DNA of 47,920 nucleotides. Origin: a virus. Within the stretch, counting starts at the first letter, position 1; the number at the start of each line of letters is the position of its first letter. Position numbers and translations under genes: made by a program. Shown in pieces: positions 8,282 to 18,687 of the stretch. The notes under the pieces are model-generated. The model made no database searches and had not been told where the DNA came from. It worked only from the letters and a program-made list of their open reading frames with translations. The stretch lies in the UHGV virus genome UHGV-0243102; one strand, given 5' to 3'.

Positions 8282-10090
8282 TTATCCCCTCAAGAAACAT
8301 GCAACTGCGACATCAAAAAGGCCGGAATCCTGAATAGCCTGTTCATTTTCACGATTCGCCTCGTCAAGAAATTCACGAGCAGGGCGAGACTGAGGGTTAC
8401 CTTCGTCATCCAGCGTGGTGATCATCATGTCGGGGGCGGTGGTCAGCGATTCCTCAGCAGCTTTCACATCAATGTCGCCCGTTTCGCTTTCGCTCTGTGT
8501 GCGCCGTTGGTCGCTATTACGGACATGAGTAGCGGTATCGGGTGGCGCAGCTTCATCAGCGCTGCGCACTTCGGCCGTTTTGTAATATGAGAGCGCCTGC
8601 GCATTCAGATCGCTTTCTGCCTGCTGTCTGCGGGAAAGTTCAGCGCGCGCCTCATAGAATTGTCCGCCGGGTTCATGGGGCGCCAGAATATTACGCGAAA
8701 ACTCAAGACGCCCCTGCGCCTCTGTGATTCGCTGGTCAAGGTCTCGCAGACGTCCCTGCTTCTCGGCTCTCGCACGTGCCAGCACTTTGCCATTACCCGC
8801 GGATTCCTCGGATAGGATCTGATTGCGCTGCTCAGTCAGGTTATCAATAAGGCGCTGGCTGTTAGCCACTTCAGACTGGTAAACCTGACGTTCGCCGCGA
8901 GGTAGCAACTGCGCTGCCTGCTCTTCAAGCCGGCGCGTATCTGCCGCACGGGCTGCGGTTCCTTCCTCCGCATTAAAAAGTACCTCATCCAGAGACTGCG
9001 CAATCAGGCTGCGGCGCCCGGGTATCTCGCTGAATACTGCCGGGTCGACAATGCTGGCCACATCGACGGGATTACCTTCGCTGACATTGCGCATTGCCTG
9101 CTGTAATGCCTGGGCGTGTGCATCTCGTGACAGAACGTTGACCGGTACTCCGGGAGCAATATCGATTTCTGCATGATGGGCTGCATTAGCCGCCAGCGCC
9201 GCATCGACATCGGACGGAGCAAACTCCGGCGCACGAACATTCTCGCCGCGGGAGTTAACAAAGCGGCCAAGACCGCCGAACGCAACGCCGAGCACTGCAT
9301 CAATCGCCATTGCCTGGCGGTCAAAAACATCGTACTGACCGGCCATATCATCGTAACCGGCGTTGCGCAGGGTTTCTGCCGTCATTCCGCGTAGCGCCAT
9401 ACCAAACGCAAGGTTAGTACCCGCAGCATACGCTACGTCAGGCGCAGCACGCGCTACGGCTGCACTGGCATTGAGTAACGCATTCTCGCCCGTTCTGGAT
9501 ATCTGCGCGCCAACACCTTCCGCCAGCGCGCCACCCGCACGAAGACCGAGACTCATGGGGATCAGTGTACCGGCGCCGGTCGTTATACCGTGAATCAACG
9601 CGACATCCTGCGCCGTTGATAAATCCACGCCTTCCGACCTAAGACGTTCAAACTCAGAAAAGCCCTGCAGTGACGTAACCGCCGCCGCACCGCCCATCGG
9701 CCCCCCGATTGCGGTGCCAGCTACAGCCTGGCCACCCATATCAAAAAGACCAAACAGAATCTGACCCGCGGTTCCGGTTGTACCGGCATCGGGAGTCAGA
9801 CGCTTAACCTGCTGTGTTGCCAGCCTCCTCTGCTCGGCGATGTATTCTTCAGAAGAATCCCGTACGGGTGTATTTTCATTAATAAACCGGGACAGAGGGG
9901 AAACAACTTTATCCATCCCCGCCCAAAGCAACTGATCCGGTTTGGCCACAAGGCCAGAATACAAACCCGATACACCGGCACCCACAGCATTATCGAAAAA
10001 ACCGACATCACTTTTTAAGCCAATGGGACTGGATGCCGCTGTTTCTGACAGTTGGTTTTGATTCGACTGATTTAGCCCGAAATAACTCAT
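8282..10090 (-). CDS. Internal virion protein (602 aa) with Gly-zipper and coiled-coil regions.
   Basis: GxxxG-rich hydrophobic segments (GGPMGGAAAVTSLQG, AGGALAEGVGAQ) and a long C-terminal coiled coil. Positioned in the core-protein block. Confidence 0.4.
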   Translation of the reverse strand: MSYFGLNQSNQNQLSETAASSPIGLKSDVGFFDNAVGAGVSGLYSGLVAKPDQLLWAGMDKVVSPLSRFINENTPVRDSSEEYIAEQRRLATQQVKRLTPDAGTTGTAGQILFGLFDMGGQAVAGTAIGGPMGGAAAVTSLQGFSEFERLRSEGVDLSTAQDVALIHGITTGAGTLIPMSLGLRAGGALAEGVGAQISRTGENALLNASAAVARAAPDVAYAAGTNLAFGMALRGMTAETLRNAGYDDMAGQYDVFDRQAMAIDAVLGVAFGGLGRFVNSRGENVRAPEFAPSDVDAALAANAAHHAEIDIAPGVPVNVLSRDAHAQALQQAMRNVSEGNPVDVASIVDPAVFSEIPGRRSLIAQSLDEVLFNAEEGTAARAADTRRLEEQAAQLLPRGERQVYQSEVANSQRLIDNLTEQRNQILSEESAGNGKVLARARAEKQGRLRDLDQRITEAQGRLEFSRNILAPHEPGGQFYEARAELSRRQQAESDLNAQALSYYKTAEVRSADEAAPPDTATHVRNSDQRRTQSESETGDIDVKAAEESLTTAPDMMITTLDDEGNPQSRPAREFLDEANRENEQAIQDSGLFDVAVACFLRG

Positions 10091-12669
10091 TGCGGTATGC
10101 CCTCTATAAAGCGCTGACGCTTCTGAGTCAGATCCAGTATTACCGGAGAGCCATCAGATTTAAGCAGATACCCTGCACCGAGCTTAACCAGATACTGGCT
10201 GTCACCGTAACTTTGCAGGCCGTATTGTCCCGGTGGAGCTTTGACTCCTGCACCTGTGACCTGTGTTTGCCACGCCTGATCGACTTGTTTATCAAACTGT
10301 TCTGCCGACATTCCCCACGGTAGCAGAACATACCCCATACCGTTATAGTCATGAACACCGCCAGTTGACACATTAACGGCCTGCTTCCAGACATCATTAT
10401 CCAGAACACCGGAGTAATCCCCCTTCTGGGCCATTATTCCCGCGTAGTAATCCTTTGCCACCTCATATGCCATTGCGGCTCCCTGAGCGTCACCGGCAAA
10501 CGCATCCTGCACGGAGTTTGAGAACTCAAGCCGCATATCGTTTTCCTTGGGCATCGACATCCCTTTTGCGTCTTTAGTCCCTTTTCGTGCAGCAGAACCC
10601 GCGAGAATGGTTTTTGACGCTTGCGAAGGTGAAATCGTGATATCAGGATTGATCCAGTTCTCCTGAGCAATTAACGACGAAGGCTTATCCATCAGGACGC
10701 CGGCAACCGCCGCAGAGGGCGCATTTACCGCTATTTGTTTGAGTGTGGCCATGTAAGGTGCACCACCGCCAGTACCTTTATGAATGGCGTCCAACAGTTT
10801 TGATTGGTTATCTGGTGTTGACTGTAATAGAGCCTGAGATAAAGCATCGGCCTGAACTTTTGGTATCACAGCATCACTTTTAATTCCGAGCCGTTTCTTT
10901 TGGATAATGACATTTTTTACATAGTCGCCCATTAAATCAGGGTTATCGGTATAAGCCGCGAATGCTTTTTGGGTCGTCTCATCATTCTGAACCAGCCAAC
11001 CACCTGGATCTGCTTCACGGGCATCCATGATGCGTTGATAGTTCTGTTGGGCCTGCGCATATTGCTGTTTTTTAAACTGTAAATCAGCTGCGTTATCGGC
11101 AGGTTTCAGCGCCTGAACGGCGGCCAGTCCATCGACGGCAGAATTCTGCATCACAAAGTTATTTACCGGCTGAAGCGCCAGCGTATCTTTGTAACGGTTC
11201 CATTGCTGATAAAACTGTGCACGCTCTCCCGGTGTTGCAGAAGAAGGGATCGAACGGATGAACTCAGCTTCGGTCACAGGATTCTCAATATTGAGTCCTG
11301 ATTGCGCGCGTGCAGCATCGTCAGTTATGCGCTGCTGAATATTGACGCGATATGCTGAATCAACCTGATCCTGGATTTGTACTGTGCGTGACGCTATCTG
11401 AGCCTGCTGCTGCCCGTCCAGATTTTTGAATTCCTGCGAATCTATGACGGAACGGACATTTCCCATACGCTGAGCGTTCGCCGAAACGGAGTAAACATAG
11501 TTACGCGTCTCATTGAATGGAATAGATGCCGCAAATTGCTCATTACTCACCTGGCCCGTACGTGGATCGCCAATCTGTTTCAACCAGTCGTCGACTTTAC
11601 CAGGGCCAGCATTGTAAGCGGCAAGAGCTAGGATCTGGTTCCCACTATAGCGTTTGAGCATTGCATTGAGGTAATCACCAGTAAACCGGCGGTTTTCCTG
11701 TTCGCTGTCGTCCTGAAGTGGTTTAACACCAAATCCCGGATCTTTACCCGTGGGGGGCATTATCTGCCCGGCGCCCTGTGCCCCCGCTGGTGACGTAACC
11801 AGGCTACCGTCAGCATTACGATGACGATTACCGCTTTCCTGCTGGTACACGGCCTGCAGCAAAGTGGCCTGGGGCACAGCCAGCACATTCATACCAGCAT
11901 CGCCGGTATACATCTGCAATTGCTGTTGCCCAAGCCTGGTGTTTAACGCCTCATATGACGCGTCTTTAATCATTGCCTGCCGCTGATCTGGCGGAAGAAA
12001 AGACACAATGCCGGTCGGATTCTGTAATGCGGAAAGACGCTGCTCTGGCTGCATCATTTTCAGGGAACCGGTAGCAGCATCGGTGATCCACCGCTGCCCA
12101 AGTTGCTGGGCTTGCGTCTGGTCTATATACCCCTTACTGGCGGCGCCCTGAATCATATTGTTCGTGGCATCAAGAATTTGCTGACGGGTTGCCGGGTCGG
12201 GCGATGTCAGATAAGTAGACCGGCTGGTCTCCAGCGACTGATTAAGCCCGGCAATGCTGGCGTCTTTCTCCTTACTCCACGCCAGAGATCGGATTTGCTC
12301 ACCGCCGCGGATGTTCTGCTGGTTTACCCAGTTATCAAACTCCTGACGCATGCGTCCACTGGTAATCCCGGATGCTGAACTTTCCGTAACCTTCTGCATC
12401 TGCTGGCCATAACGATCCTGCATGGTTGCATAGTCGTTATCTTTCTCAAAGGCAGCATGAGTGTTAGCCTGCCCCTGCAACCACGCAGTTTGCGCTTTAC
12501 CAAAATCCAGCCGGTTCTGGTCATCAGCAACCCCGCCAGCAATTTGCGTTACCTGATTTCCCAGCTGCTGCGCGGCACGAAATGGTGCAGAGAGATCAGG
12601 ACTGGCAACACCGGGCGCCGGGCGCAGGGAAACCCTGCCGAGATCGTTAGCAGATGGTAAACGAGGCAT
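10087..12669 (-). CDS. Internal virion protein with a soluble lytic transglycosylase (SLT) domain (860 aa).
   Basis: SLT motifs are present: QQESGNRH (catalytic Glu-Ser), GAQGAGQIMPPT (the GLMQ-MP-T box) and AAYNAGPGKV (the AYNAG box). Confidence 0.7.
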   Translation of the reverse strand: MPRLPSANDLGRVSLRPAPGVASPDLSAPFRAAQQLGNQVTQIAGGVADDQNRLDFGKAQTAWLQGQANTHAAFEKDNDYATMQDRYGQQMQKVTESSASGITSGRMRQEFDNWVNQQNIRGGEQIRSLAWSKEKDASIAGLNQSLETSRSTYLTSPDPATRQQILDATNNMIQGAASKGYIDQTQAQQLGQRWITDAATGSLKMMQPEQRLSALQNPTGIVSFLPPDQRQAMIKDASYEALNTRLGQQQLQMYTGDAGMNVLAVPQATLLQAVYQQESGNRHRNADGSLVTSPAGAQGAGQIMPPTGKDPGFGVKPLQDDSEQENRRFTGDYLNAMLKRYSGNQILALAAYNAGPGKVDDWLKQIGDPRTGQVSNEQFAASIPFNETRNYVYSVSANAQRMGNVRSVIDSQEFKNLDGQQQAQIASRTVQIQDQVDSAYRVNIQQRITDDAARAQSGLNIENPVTEAEFIRSIPSSATPGERAQFYQQWNRYKDTLALQPVNNFVMQNSAVDGLAAVQALKPADNAADLQFKKQQYAQAQQNYQRIMDAREADPGGWLVQNDETTQKAFAAYTDNPDLMGDYVKNVIIQKKRLGIKSDAVIPKVQADALSQALLQSTPDNQSKLLDAIHKGTGGGAPYMATLKQIAVNAPSAAVAGVLMDKPSSLIAQENWINPDITISPSQASKTILAGSAARKGTKDAKGMSMPKENDMRLEFSNSVQDAFAGDAQGAAMAYEVAKDYYAGIMAQKGDYSGVLDNDVWKQAVNVSTGGVHDYNGMGYVLLPWGMSAEQFDKQVDQAWQTQVTGAGVKAPPGQYGLQSYGDSQYLVKLGAGYLLKSDGSPVILDLTQKRQRFIEGIPQ

Positions 12670-12674
12670 ATTTT

Positions 12675-13295
12675 TTATCCGTAAATTTTATAGAGAGATG
12701 TTCCAGCGCCAAGAATGGAAGTAAGCGAGCCCAAAACGCCGGCTTTTTTAGTCGATTTGGCCTGCGCATCCAGGGCGTTAGCCTGATTTTTTAACTGATT
12801 AGCCTGCTGTTCACCATTCCAGAGAGCGGTCAGGTTATTCAGCTCGCCCTGCTGCGCGATGTCAGCGCGGTTATTGATAGCTGACACGCTATTGGCATTT
12901 GCACCAGAAGCTGCCGCATTCGCCAGTGATGTTGATTCTGCCTGTCGCGCCTTATCAGTTTCAGCCCTTGCCTCAAGTTGCGCCGAGGCATTGACGTTGT
13001 TAGCCTGCGTTCGGAGTTGCCCTGCCTGTTGTCGTAACTGCGCTGATTGCTGTTTTGCTTCACTGGACGCCCCACCAGCACCAAGAATTCCGCCGAGCAA
13101 TGAAGCACCTCCGGCGAGATTTTTCATGGTTCCGGCACCAGCAATCGAGGACATCAATCCAGAGCCTGTGGTTGCTGCGCCAGCTCCGGAAGTTGCAGCT
13201 GCGCCTGTGGCTGCTGCGGTCCCAGTGGTGGCCGCAGCACCGCCGCCTAAAATTGAGCTCAACCCCGTTATTCCTGCGGAGAATGGATCTGCCAT
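12675..13295 (-). CDS. Gly/Ala/Thr-rich internal virion protein (206 aa) with a Q-rich coiled coil.
   Basis: Low-complexity G/A/T N-terminal and C-terminal regions around a QLRQQAGQLRTQANN coiled coil. Analogous to the small core proteins of T7-like virions. Confidence 0.35.
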   Translation of the reverse strand: MADPFSAGITGLSSILGGGAAATTGTAAATGAAATSGAGAATTGSGLMSSIAGAGTMKNLAGGASLLGGILGAGGASSEAKQQSAQLRQQAGQLRTQANNVNASAQLEARAETDKARQAESTSLANAAASGANANSVSAINNRADIAQQGELNNLTALWNGEQQANQLKNQANALDAQAKSTKKAGVLGSLTSILGAGTSLYKIYG

Positions 13296-13639
13296 ACCAT
13301 TACCTTTTCATTACCTTCAACTGGAACAAATCCCAGCCTTTTCAGAAAAGCTGGTGCGGTCTCTAATGACTCACTGACGCGTGCATAAACAGGTATTCGA
13401 CTTTCTGCAATAATTTCCTTCATTGCTTTGAGTGAACCCTTCCAAAGAGAAAAAGGCACGATTTTGGCTTCTGGCTTCATGTCCATAAATGCCATATTGA
13501 ACCCTTCTTTGCGCATCATTCCGCCAATAGCGACAGGGGTACCATTAACCAGCAGTTGCACTGCCTTCATAGTCCCCGGAACCTGTCCAAACCACTCAAT
13601 TACATCAGCCATTGAAGCTGTTTTAATTTCACTTATCAT
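13268..13639 (-). CDS. Hypothetical virion-module protein (123 aa).
   Basis: An ORF in the late operon between the tubular-B-like gene and the core proteins. Confidence 0.35.
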   Translation of the reverse strand: MISEIKTASMADVIEWFGQVPGTMKAVQLLVNGTPVAIGGMMRKEGFNMAFMDMKPEAKIVPFSLWKGSLKAMKEIIAESRIPVYARVSESLETAPAFLKRLGFVPVEGNEKVMVWQIHSPQE

Positions 13640-16313
13640 GCGTTGTCAGACTCACTATTGCCGCCAGAACGGTAACAGGGCGTGGGGCGGCGGCGACAAG
13701 ACAGATCCGGGAATCGGTATCCCAAGAACCATCAAACTCAAATGAATCCCGGTCATACGATTCCCACACCGTGTTACTTGAGGTGGGATTAGCAAACTCT
13801 TCTGCAGGCAAATCGTCCTGAATGTCGAAGTCAGGTCCGTAGGTCATCCCGCGGTAGTGGGTGTTCCTCATGATTAACGCAAGATGGTCCACGCGTTTAC
13901 GCTGCGCCAGTGCGGTGCCCATCCCGGCAGCGTAGGCAAGCTTTGAGCTTTTGTACTTCGCGGTATAACCCAATCCCGCGATAACATTGCTGTATGAAGC
14001 CCCCAGCGATATAGCACCACTGCTTACCGTTCGCGTACCAATATCTTTGCCGTCGGCCCATACCACTACCGCTTTGCCCTCGATATGGTTAAGCCCGGAA
14101 AGAGTGTCTCTGGCGCTTCCGGATCTGGTGATGAAGGAATCAGCCTGTTTATTCAGGCTCCCGCCAATACACTCGGACTCTTTAGCCCACCGCTCCAGGC
14201 ACCGAATACCGTTCCTGTTAACGACGTAATAAACCCGGTCCTCTTCATCGCCTGGCAATGTGACTACATCCTCAACGGTGCCATCGGTTTCCACAACAAC
14301 CCACGCTTTGAGGTCTTCTGCCGGGTCTCGGACCAGGACGGCGACAGTGCCGTTTTCCCGCACACAGTGAATGCGATCATCAGGAAGGCGTTGCGCCGCG
14401 ATGCGGACAATGGGGGAATTTCCGCATTCCGGCCACAGGTCGGTAAGGTCTGTACTGGCGTAGTCGTAGTAATCACTGGTGTAGTTGAGTTCATACACCC
14501 GGCGTCCGCTGCGGTGGATGAAGATGCCGCGGTTATCCAGGACTACAGCACCGGCATGCGTACTTCCCCGCGTGGAAGGATACTTGATATGGAAGTTATC
14601 AGGCGTTACCACTTCACCATAAGAGGACGACTGAATTGATGCCTCACTGCCCTGAGTGCCTGCAATTAAGCGGAGCAGCGGCAACAGCCAGTTGACCTTA
14701 TCGACGGGACCCGAACCGATACTGTAATTAATCGCGCTCGCATCGCCGGCGACTTTATCTTCTGAATTATTACCATCGTCAAATGAATCATAGGCATCAG
14801 AGTAACTGCCATAGATACGGTCACCACCAGCCCACCACAACCGCCCCTCAAAGATGGCCACCGCGCCGGGGAATCCGTTTTTCTCAGAGAAGGCCCCTTC
14901 ATACCAGTCAGCAGTCGCAGATGTTCCGCCCAGGTCAGAAAGGACAATCCCGGTTGCCGACGTCCTGGAATTAACAGCAGTTATCCGCACTGTTCCCGTC
15001 AGGCTGCCGCCAGAATACTCAAGCGAGACCTGCACGGAGCCGGAACTGGTTTCCCAGTCGCCCGCCGCGACACCGATCCGATAGTAGATAGTATTATTGT
15101 CCAGCCCGTCGTCGTAGGTTTCTGACGTTTCACCGGTCCACGTCTTAACATCAGTCCAGGCACCCGGCTCACTTACAGAACGTTGAAGCGTCACGGTCCC
15201 GGACCACGGCGTCGCGGGATCGACGTTAGCAATGCTGACCGTAAACTTGCGCGAGTCATCAATCCCGGTCACCTTCACATACCCGGTAAACTGAGACTCA
15301 CCGTTGATTGCTGACGATACAGTTTGTCCGCTTGAGGTCAAACGGAATAGTGCACCAACATGTCCTGAACGAAACAGGCTGGCGGACGCCGTAAGATTAA
15401 TCAATCCCGTTCTGGCGCCGGGCGTGAGCGTCGTGGGAGAAACGTTCATCACATTGTACGGGCCATCGTTCGAATAATACTTAACGACAGACCACGAACC
15501 GTTATCACGCCGCTCAATACGCCTCTGCTGTATGCCACTACACGCAACAAACAACACATCGGCGCTTTGTGCTACCTGGACTAAATCCAGATCGCTATCT
15601 CTCCACGGGGTATCCAGAACCAGAACACCACCGCTTTCAACTGCCACAGAACCAACGATAACCGGGAACGTCTCAGCACTTTCAAACTGAATGTAAAAGT
15701 CGCCGGCGGGAGTGAACGACAATGAGCTGACGCCCTCCAGCAGAGTAGTTTCAGCGATATAGTCATCCTCACCCTGGCTTGAGCCGATCATTATAGTTAC
15801 CGGCCCGCGAGCGACGCTGACGCGAATAGCATGCTGCACATCCTGATCGGAGGCGGACACACTGACCTGCTGCCAACGAATTGCTGATGTGGAACTGTTA
15901 CCGGTTAACTGCATGCCTGCATCAGTCCACTCAGAGGAGGAATCAGACTCATCGGCATCCGTCCAGCCGGAGAGATCAGACACGAAATCGCCATTGATAA
16001 TTGCAGATGACACCGCATCGCGAGAAATCAGGGCATCATCAACCCACACACGCATTTTGCCGTCAGTAAGTTCAATGAGAGCCGTATCATCAGTCGCGAA
16101 CACAAACGGAATAAACCGGGATCGCTTATTGTCGAGGGTCTGCCCGATATATCCCAGTCCTGGCCGGAGCATCATGGAGCCAAGCAATCGAGGCATCCAG
16201 TTAGTCTGGACCTCCGCCGACAGCGCCAGCCGCTCAATGTCGGTGCGGGCCAGCGCCAGAGGCGAGATAATCCCACGGTTAAAAGCGAGAAGCGGAACGT
16301 TATTACGTGGCAT
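13629..16313 (-). CDS. Tail tubular protein B-like / nozzle protein (894 aa).
   Basis: Its size and position (after the tubular-A-like gene, before the internal proteins) mirror T7 gp12. Confidence 0.4.
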   Translation of the reverse strand: MPRNNVPLLAFNRGIISPLALARTDIERLALSAEVQTNWMPRLLGSMMLRPGLGYIGQTLDNKRSRFIPFVFATDDTALIELTDGKMRVWVDDALISRDAVSSAIINGDFVSDLSGWTDADESDSSSEWTDAGMQLTGNSSTSAIRWQQVSVSASDQDVQHAIRVSVARGPVTIMIGSSQGEDDYIAETTLLEGVSSLSFTPAGDFYIQFESAETFPVIVGSVAVESGGVLVLDTPWRDSDLDLVQVAQSADVLFVACSGIQQRRIERRDNGSWSVVKYYSNDGPYNVMNVSPTTLTPGARTGLINLTASASLFRSGHVGALFRLTSSGQTVSSAINGESQFTGYVKVTGIDDSRKFTVSIANVDPATPWSGTVTLQRSVSEPGAWTDVKTWTGETSETYDDGLDNNTIYYRIGVAAGDWETSSGSVQVSLEYSGGSLTGTVRITAVNSRTSATGIVLSDLGGTSATADWYEGAFSEKNGFPGAVAIFEGRLWWAGGDRIYGSYSDAYDSFDDGNNSEDKVAGDASAINYSIGSGPVDKVNWLLPLLRLIAGTQGSEASIQSSSYGEVVTPDNFHIKYPSTRGSTHAGAVVLDNRGIFIHRSGRRVYELNYTSDYYDYASTDLTDLWPECGNSPIVRIAAQRLPDDRIHCVRENGTVAVLVRDPAEDLKAWVVVETDGTVEDVVTLPGDEEDRVYYVVNRNGIRCLERWAKESECIGGSLNKQADSFITRSGSARDTLSGLNHIEGKAVVVWADGKDIGTRTVSSGAISLGASYSNVIAGLGYTAKYKSSKLAYAAGMGTALAQRKRVDHLALIMRNTHYRGMTYGPDFDIQDDLPAEEFANPTSSNTVWESYDRDSFEFDGSWDTDSRICLVAAAPRPVTVLAAIVSLTTHDK

Positions 16314-16321
16314 GATTTGTC

Positions 16322-16951
16322 CTATCGGGAAAACCGGCTGCGCTGCCCCCTGCGGGAAGTAACAAATGCGCCGGCAGGAACGCGCTTAGTCGGATCCTGT
16401 AGGGCATCCTTGGTGAGAGCATCGCGTTTTCTGGTTTTATACTCATACTCAATAGTCTGAGCATCTGAGCCATTTTTCAGGCGAGGTGAAACGAGTTTCG
16501 CCAGATGCGCCGCAATAAACATTCGGTACGTTTCCGGCCAGGCTGAACCGTTATTACCATAGAACTCACTATCCGAAACGTAGCGGATGTAGATCTCGTC
16601 ATAGTTACAGAACCAGAATGCCGCCTCGTCTGTATAGTCGAGTATGGTGTTATTGAAATAAGGGTCAGAAGCAACAGAGCACGTCCTGATCCAGTCTTCA
16701 GGCTTATCAAATGCCCTGATGTAACCAAACGGCGGTTCTACTGACGGGGAGTAATCCAGGCGCTCAGCTCTTACAGCAAAATTCCACTGGCCCTGTTCGA
16801 GGCAAAACCTTAGCGCGCCCTCCCAGACGACATCGAGCAGGCGGCGGGGTTCCCGGTTTTCTTCCAGTGAAAACAACACCCGCTCACCCGACAGGATCAG
16901 GGCATCGTTGTAGATTGCCAGTCGAATGTTCGGGTCAACGGACATCATCAC
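16322..16951 (-). CDS. Tail tubular protein A-like / adaptor (209 aa).
   Basis: Its position and size (~T7 gp11, 196 aa). Confidence 0.35.
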   Translation of the reverse strand: MMMSVDPNIRLAIYNDALILSGERVLFSLEENREPRRLLDVVWEGALRFCLEQGQWNFAVRAERLDYSPSVEPPFGYIRAFDKPEDWIRTCSVASDPYFNNTILDYTDEAAFWFCNYDEIYIRYVSDSEFYGNNGSAWPETYRMFIAAHLAKLVSPRLKNGSDAQTIEYEYKTRKRDALTKDALQDPTKRVPAGAFVTSRRGQRSRFSR

Positions 16952-17373
16952 ACCTCTTTAATCAGCAATTCCATTCTGGATAAAGCTTCTTCTTTGGTCT
17001 GGATATTTCCTTCCATCACTTCTCCGTCTTCCCTACGGATTACAGACCACTTAGCCTGTCCGCGAAACTTCACAAAATACGGTTTTCCGTCTTCTTTAGT
17101 TTCGGGCTCAATCTCGCCGAATTGCTGATAAATGAAGAATTCAACTTTTGCTGCGAGTTGCTTCACTGATGTCACAACACCTTCGGCGTACCAGGTGCGA
17201 TCGACTGCGAAGACTTCTATTTTGTCGCCAGCTTTTAGCTGGTAAGCGATATGCGCCCAGGCGGCTGGTTGTCTGAACAGGTCAATATTCTGTCCTTCTT
17301 CGGCAATAATGCGAAACGTATTGCGGGCATGCTCGGCAAGTTTTAGCCGGGAAGGAATAATATGGTGCGCCAT
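16948..17373 (-). CDS. Hypothetical head-tail protein (141 aa).
   Basis: An ORF in the late operon downstream of the capsid gene. Confidence 0.3.
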   Translation of the reverse strand: MAHHIIPSRLKLAEHARNTFRIIAEEGQNIDLFRQPAAWAHIAYQLKAGDKIEVFAVDRTWYAEGVVTSVKQLAAKVEFFIYQQFGEIEPETKEDGKPYFVKFRGQAKWSVIRREDGEVMEGNIQTKEEALSRMELLIKEV

Positions 17374-17421
17374 TCTTACCTCACTGAAAGAAAAGCCCTC
17401 ACAATGAGGGCTGAAGTGTTA

Positions 17422-17688
17422 TTACGCCGATGCTGTGGCAGTAGCCAGCTTCAGCGTTGCGCCGGATGCCGTTACAGCCGAAACAAATGCGGAATAAGAC
17501 ATCGGTAATGTGGTGTTATAAACCACTACTGCATCGCCAACTTTCATGCCAAGAGCTTTGCCGTTGGTTATGTAGTTGGCAGCCGTAACGGCTGCAATGA
17601 GGTCCGATGAAGAGTAAGACCAGGCAGCACCACCGCCGCCGATGCGATCCTGAAGTAAAGCCGGTGGGTTGGTTGTTGCGTAAGCCAT
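17422..17688 (-). CDS. Small capsid-associated (decoration/stabilising?) protein (88 aa).
   Basis: It immediately follows the major capsid gene and is Ala/Thr-rich. Confidence 0.3.
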   Translation of the reverse strand: MAYATTNPPALLQDRIGGGGAAWSYSSSDLIAAVTAANYITNGKALGMKVGDAVVVYNTTLPMSYSAFVSAVTASGATLKLATATASA

Positions 17689-17698
17689 TTATTCCCCC

Positions 17699-18550
17699 TT
17701 ATGCATCAGCAACCATTGAAGAACCGTCATGATTCAGCACCACAACGCCATTTGGCTGGAGTAGCGAACCGCCCATGAACATGGAAGTACGCGCCCAATA
17801 GTAATCGTCTTCTTCGTTATAACCGGCTTTTACGTCCATATCCCCGCTGTTGACAGCGTGACCAATGGAGTTGCGGTGGTAGACGAAAAGGTGTTCGTTG
17901 GCAGTGCCAACGCCAGGAACACGCGAATGCACTACCCAGTTAACACCAGCCCAGCGCAGCATTTTGCGCACAGGGCCGTTAAATGGCTTCACATCCACGT
18001 AATCGGCGCTGGTGAACTGGTTGTTCTGGTAAAGGAAAGCGCGAAATGCCGGAGACATAACACCGAACATGTTGCTTTCTTCTTCGACATCCACATCGTT
18101 ATTGCCGAGCACCGCGATCGCTTTGGTTACTGCAACCATGCGTGAATCAGCTGCGGAACCAGTCACGTTAATGGTCTGGGTCGCAGTGTTCAGGTTCGCC
18201 AGAATGACGTCGTCAATCTTGCGGTTCATCACCTTAATGGTGCCCTGCTGCATGATGCGGCGGCCGTCGCCCTGAGAGCCAAAAATATTGAATCGGGTGC
18301 GGCGGGGTTTATCGTGCCATTCGGTCAGAATTGCAGGTTTCTGCGTCAGGTTGTCAGCACGCGCAGGGATCATCCCGTTAACGCCACGGGTAACTGCTTC
18401 CGCGCCACCGGTATCAGCAACAAGGAATGTTGCTTCGTTACCTTTAACCACGGATTCGGTTACAACCGTGCTGCGCAGCATGGACTGGCCGAACTCGAAA
18501 CCGGCGATGAACTCCTGCCGGTACTGTTTTTGAAAAGCGGTATCAGACAT
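17699..18550 (-). CDS. Major capsid protein (283 aa).
   Basis: Canonical position: TerS-TerL-portal-scaffold-capsid. Confidence 0.5.
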   Translation of the reverse strand: MSDTAFQKQYRQEFIAGFEFGQSMLRSTVVTESVVKGNEATFLVADTGGAEAVTRGVNGMIPARADNLTQKPAILTEWHDKPRRTRFNIFGSQGDGRRIMQQGTIKVMNRKIDDVILANLNTATQTINVTGSAADSRMVAVTKAIAVLGNNDVDVEEESNMFGVMSPAFRAFLYQNNQFTSADYVDVKPFNGPVRKMLRWAGVNWVVHSRVPGVGTANEHLFVYHRNSIGHAVNSGDMDVKAGYNEEDDYYWARTSMFMGGSLLQPNGVVVLNHDGSSMVADA

Positions 18551-18687
18551 AAATTGTCTCCATCGGATTGTTTTATTGCCGCTCCGACGAGGTATCCATT
18601 CCGGCAGACAATAGCGGGGTGTCCTCTGTTAAGAGGGGCCGGTTATCTGTGAAAGGGGTCGTGCTGCGCGGTTACTACTTAAAGGGA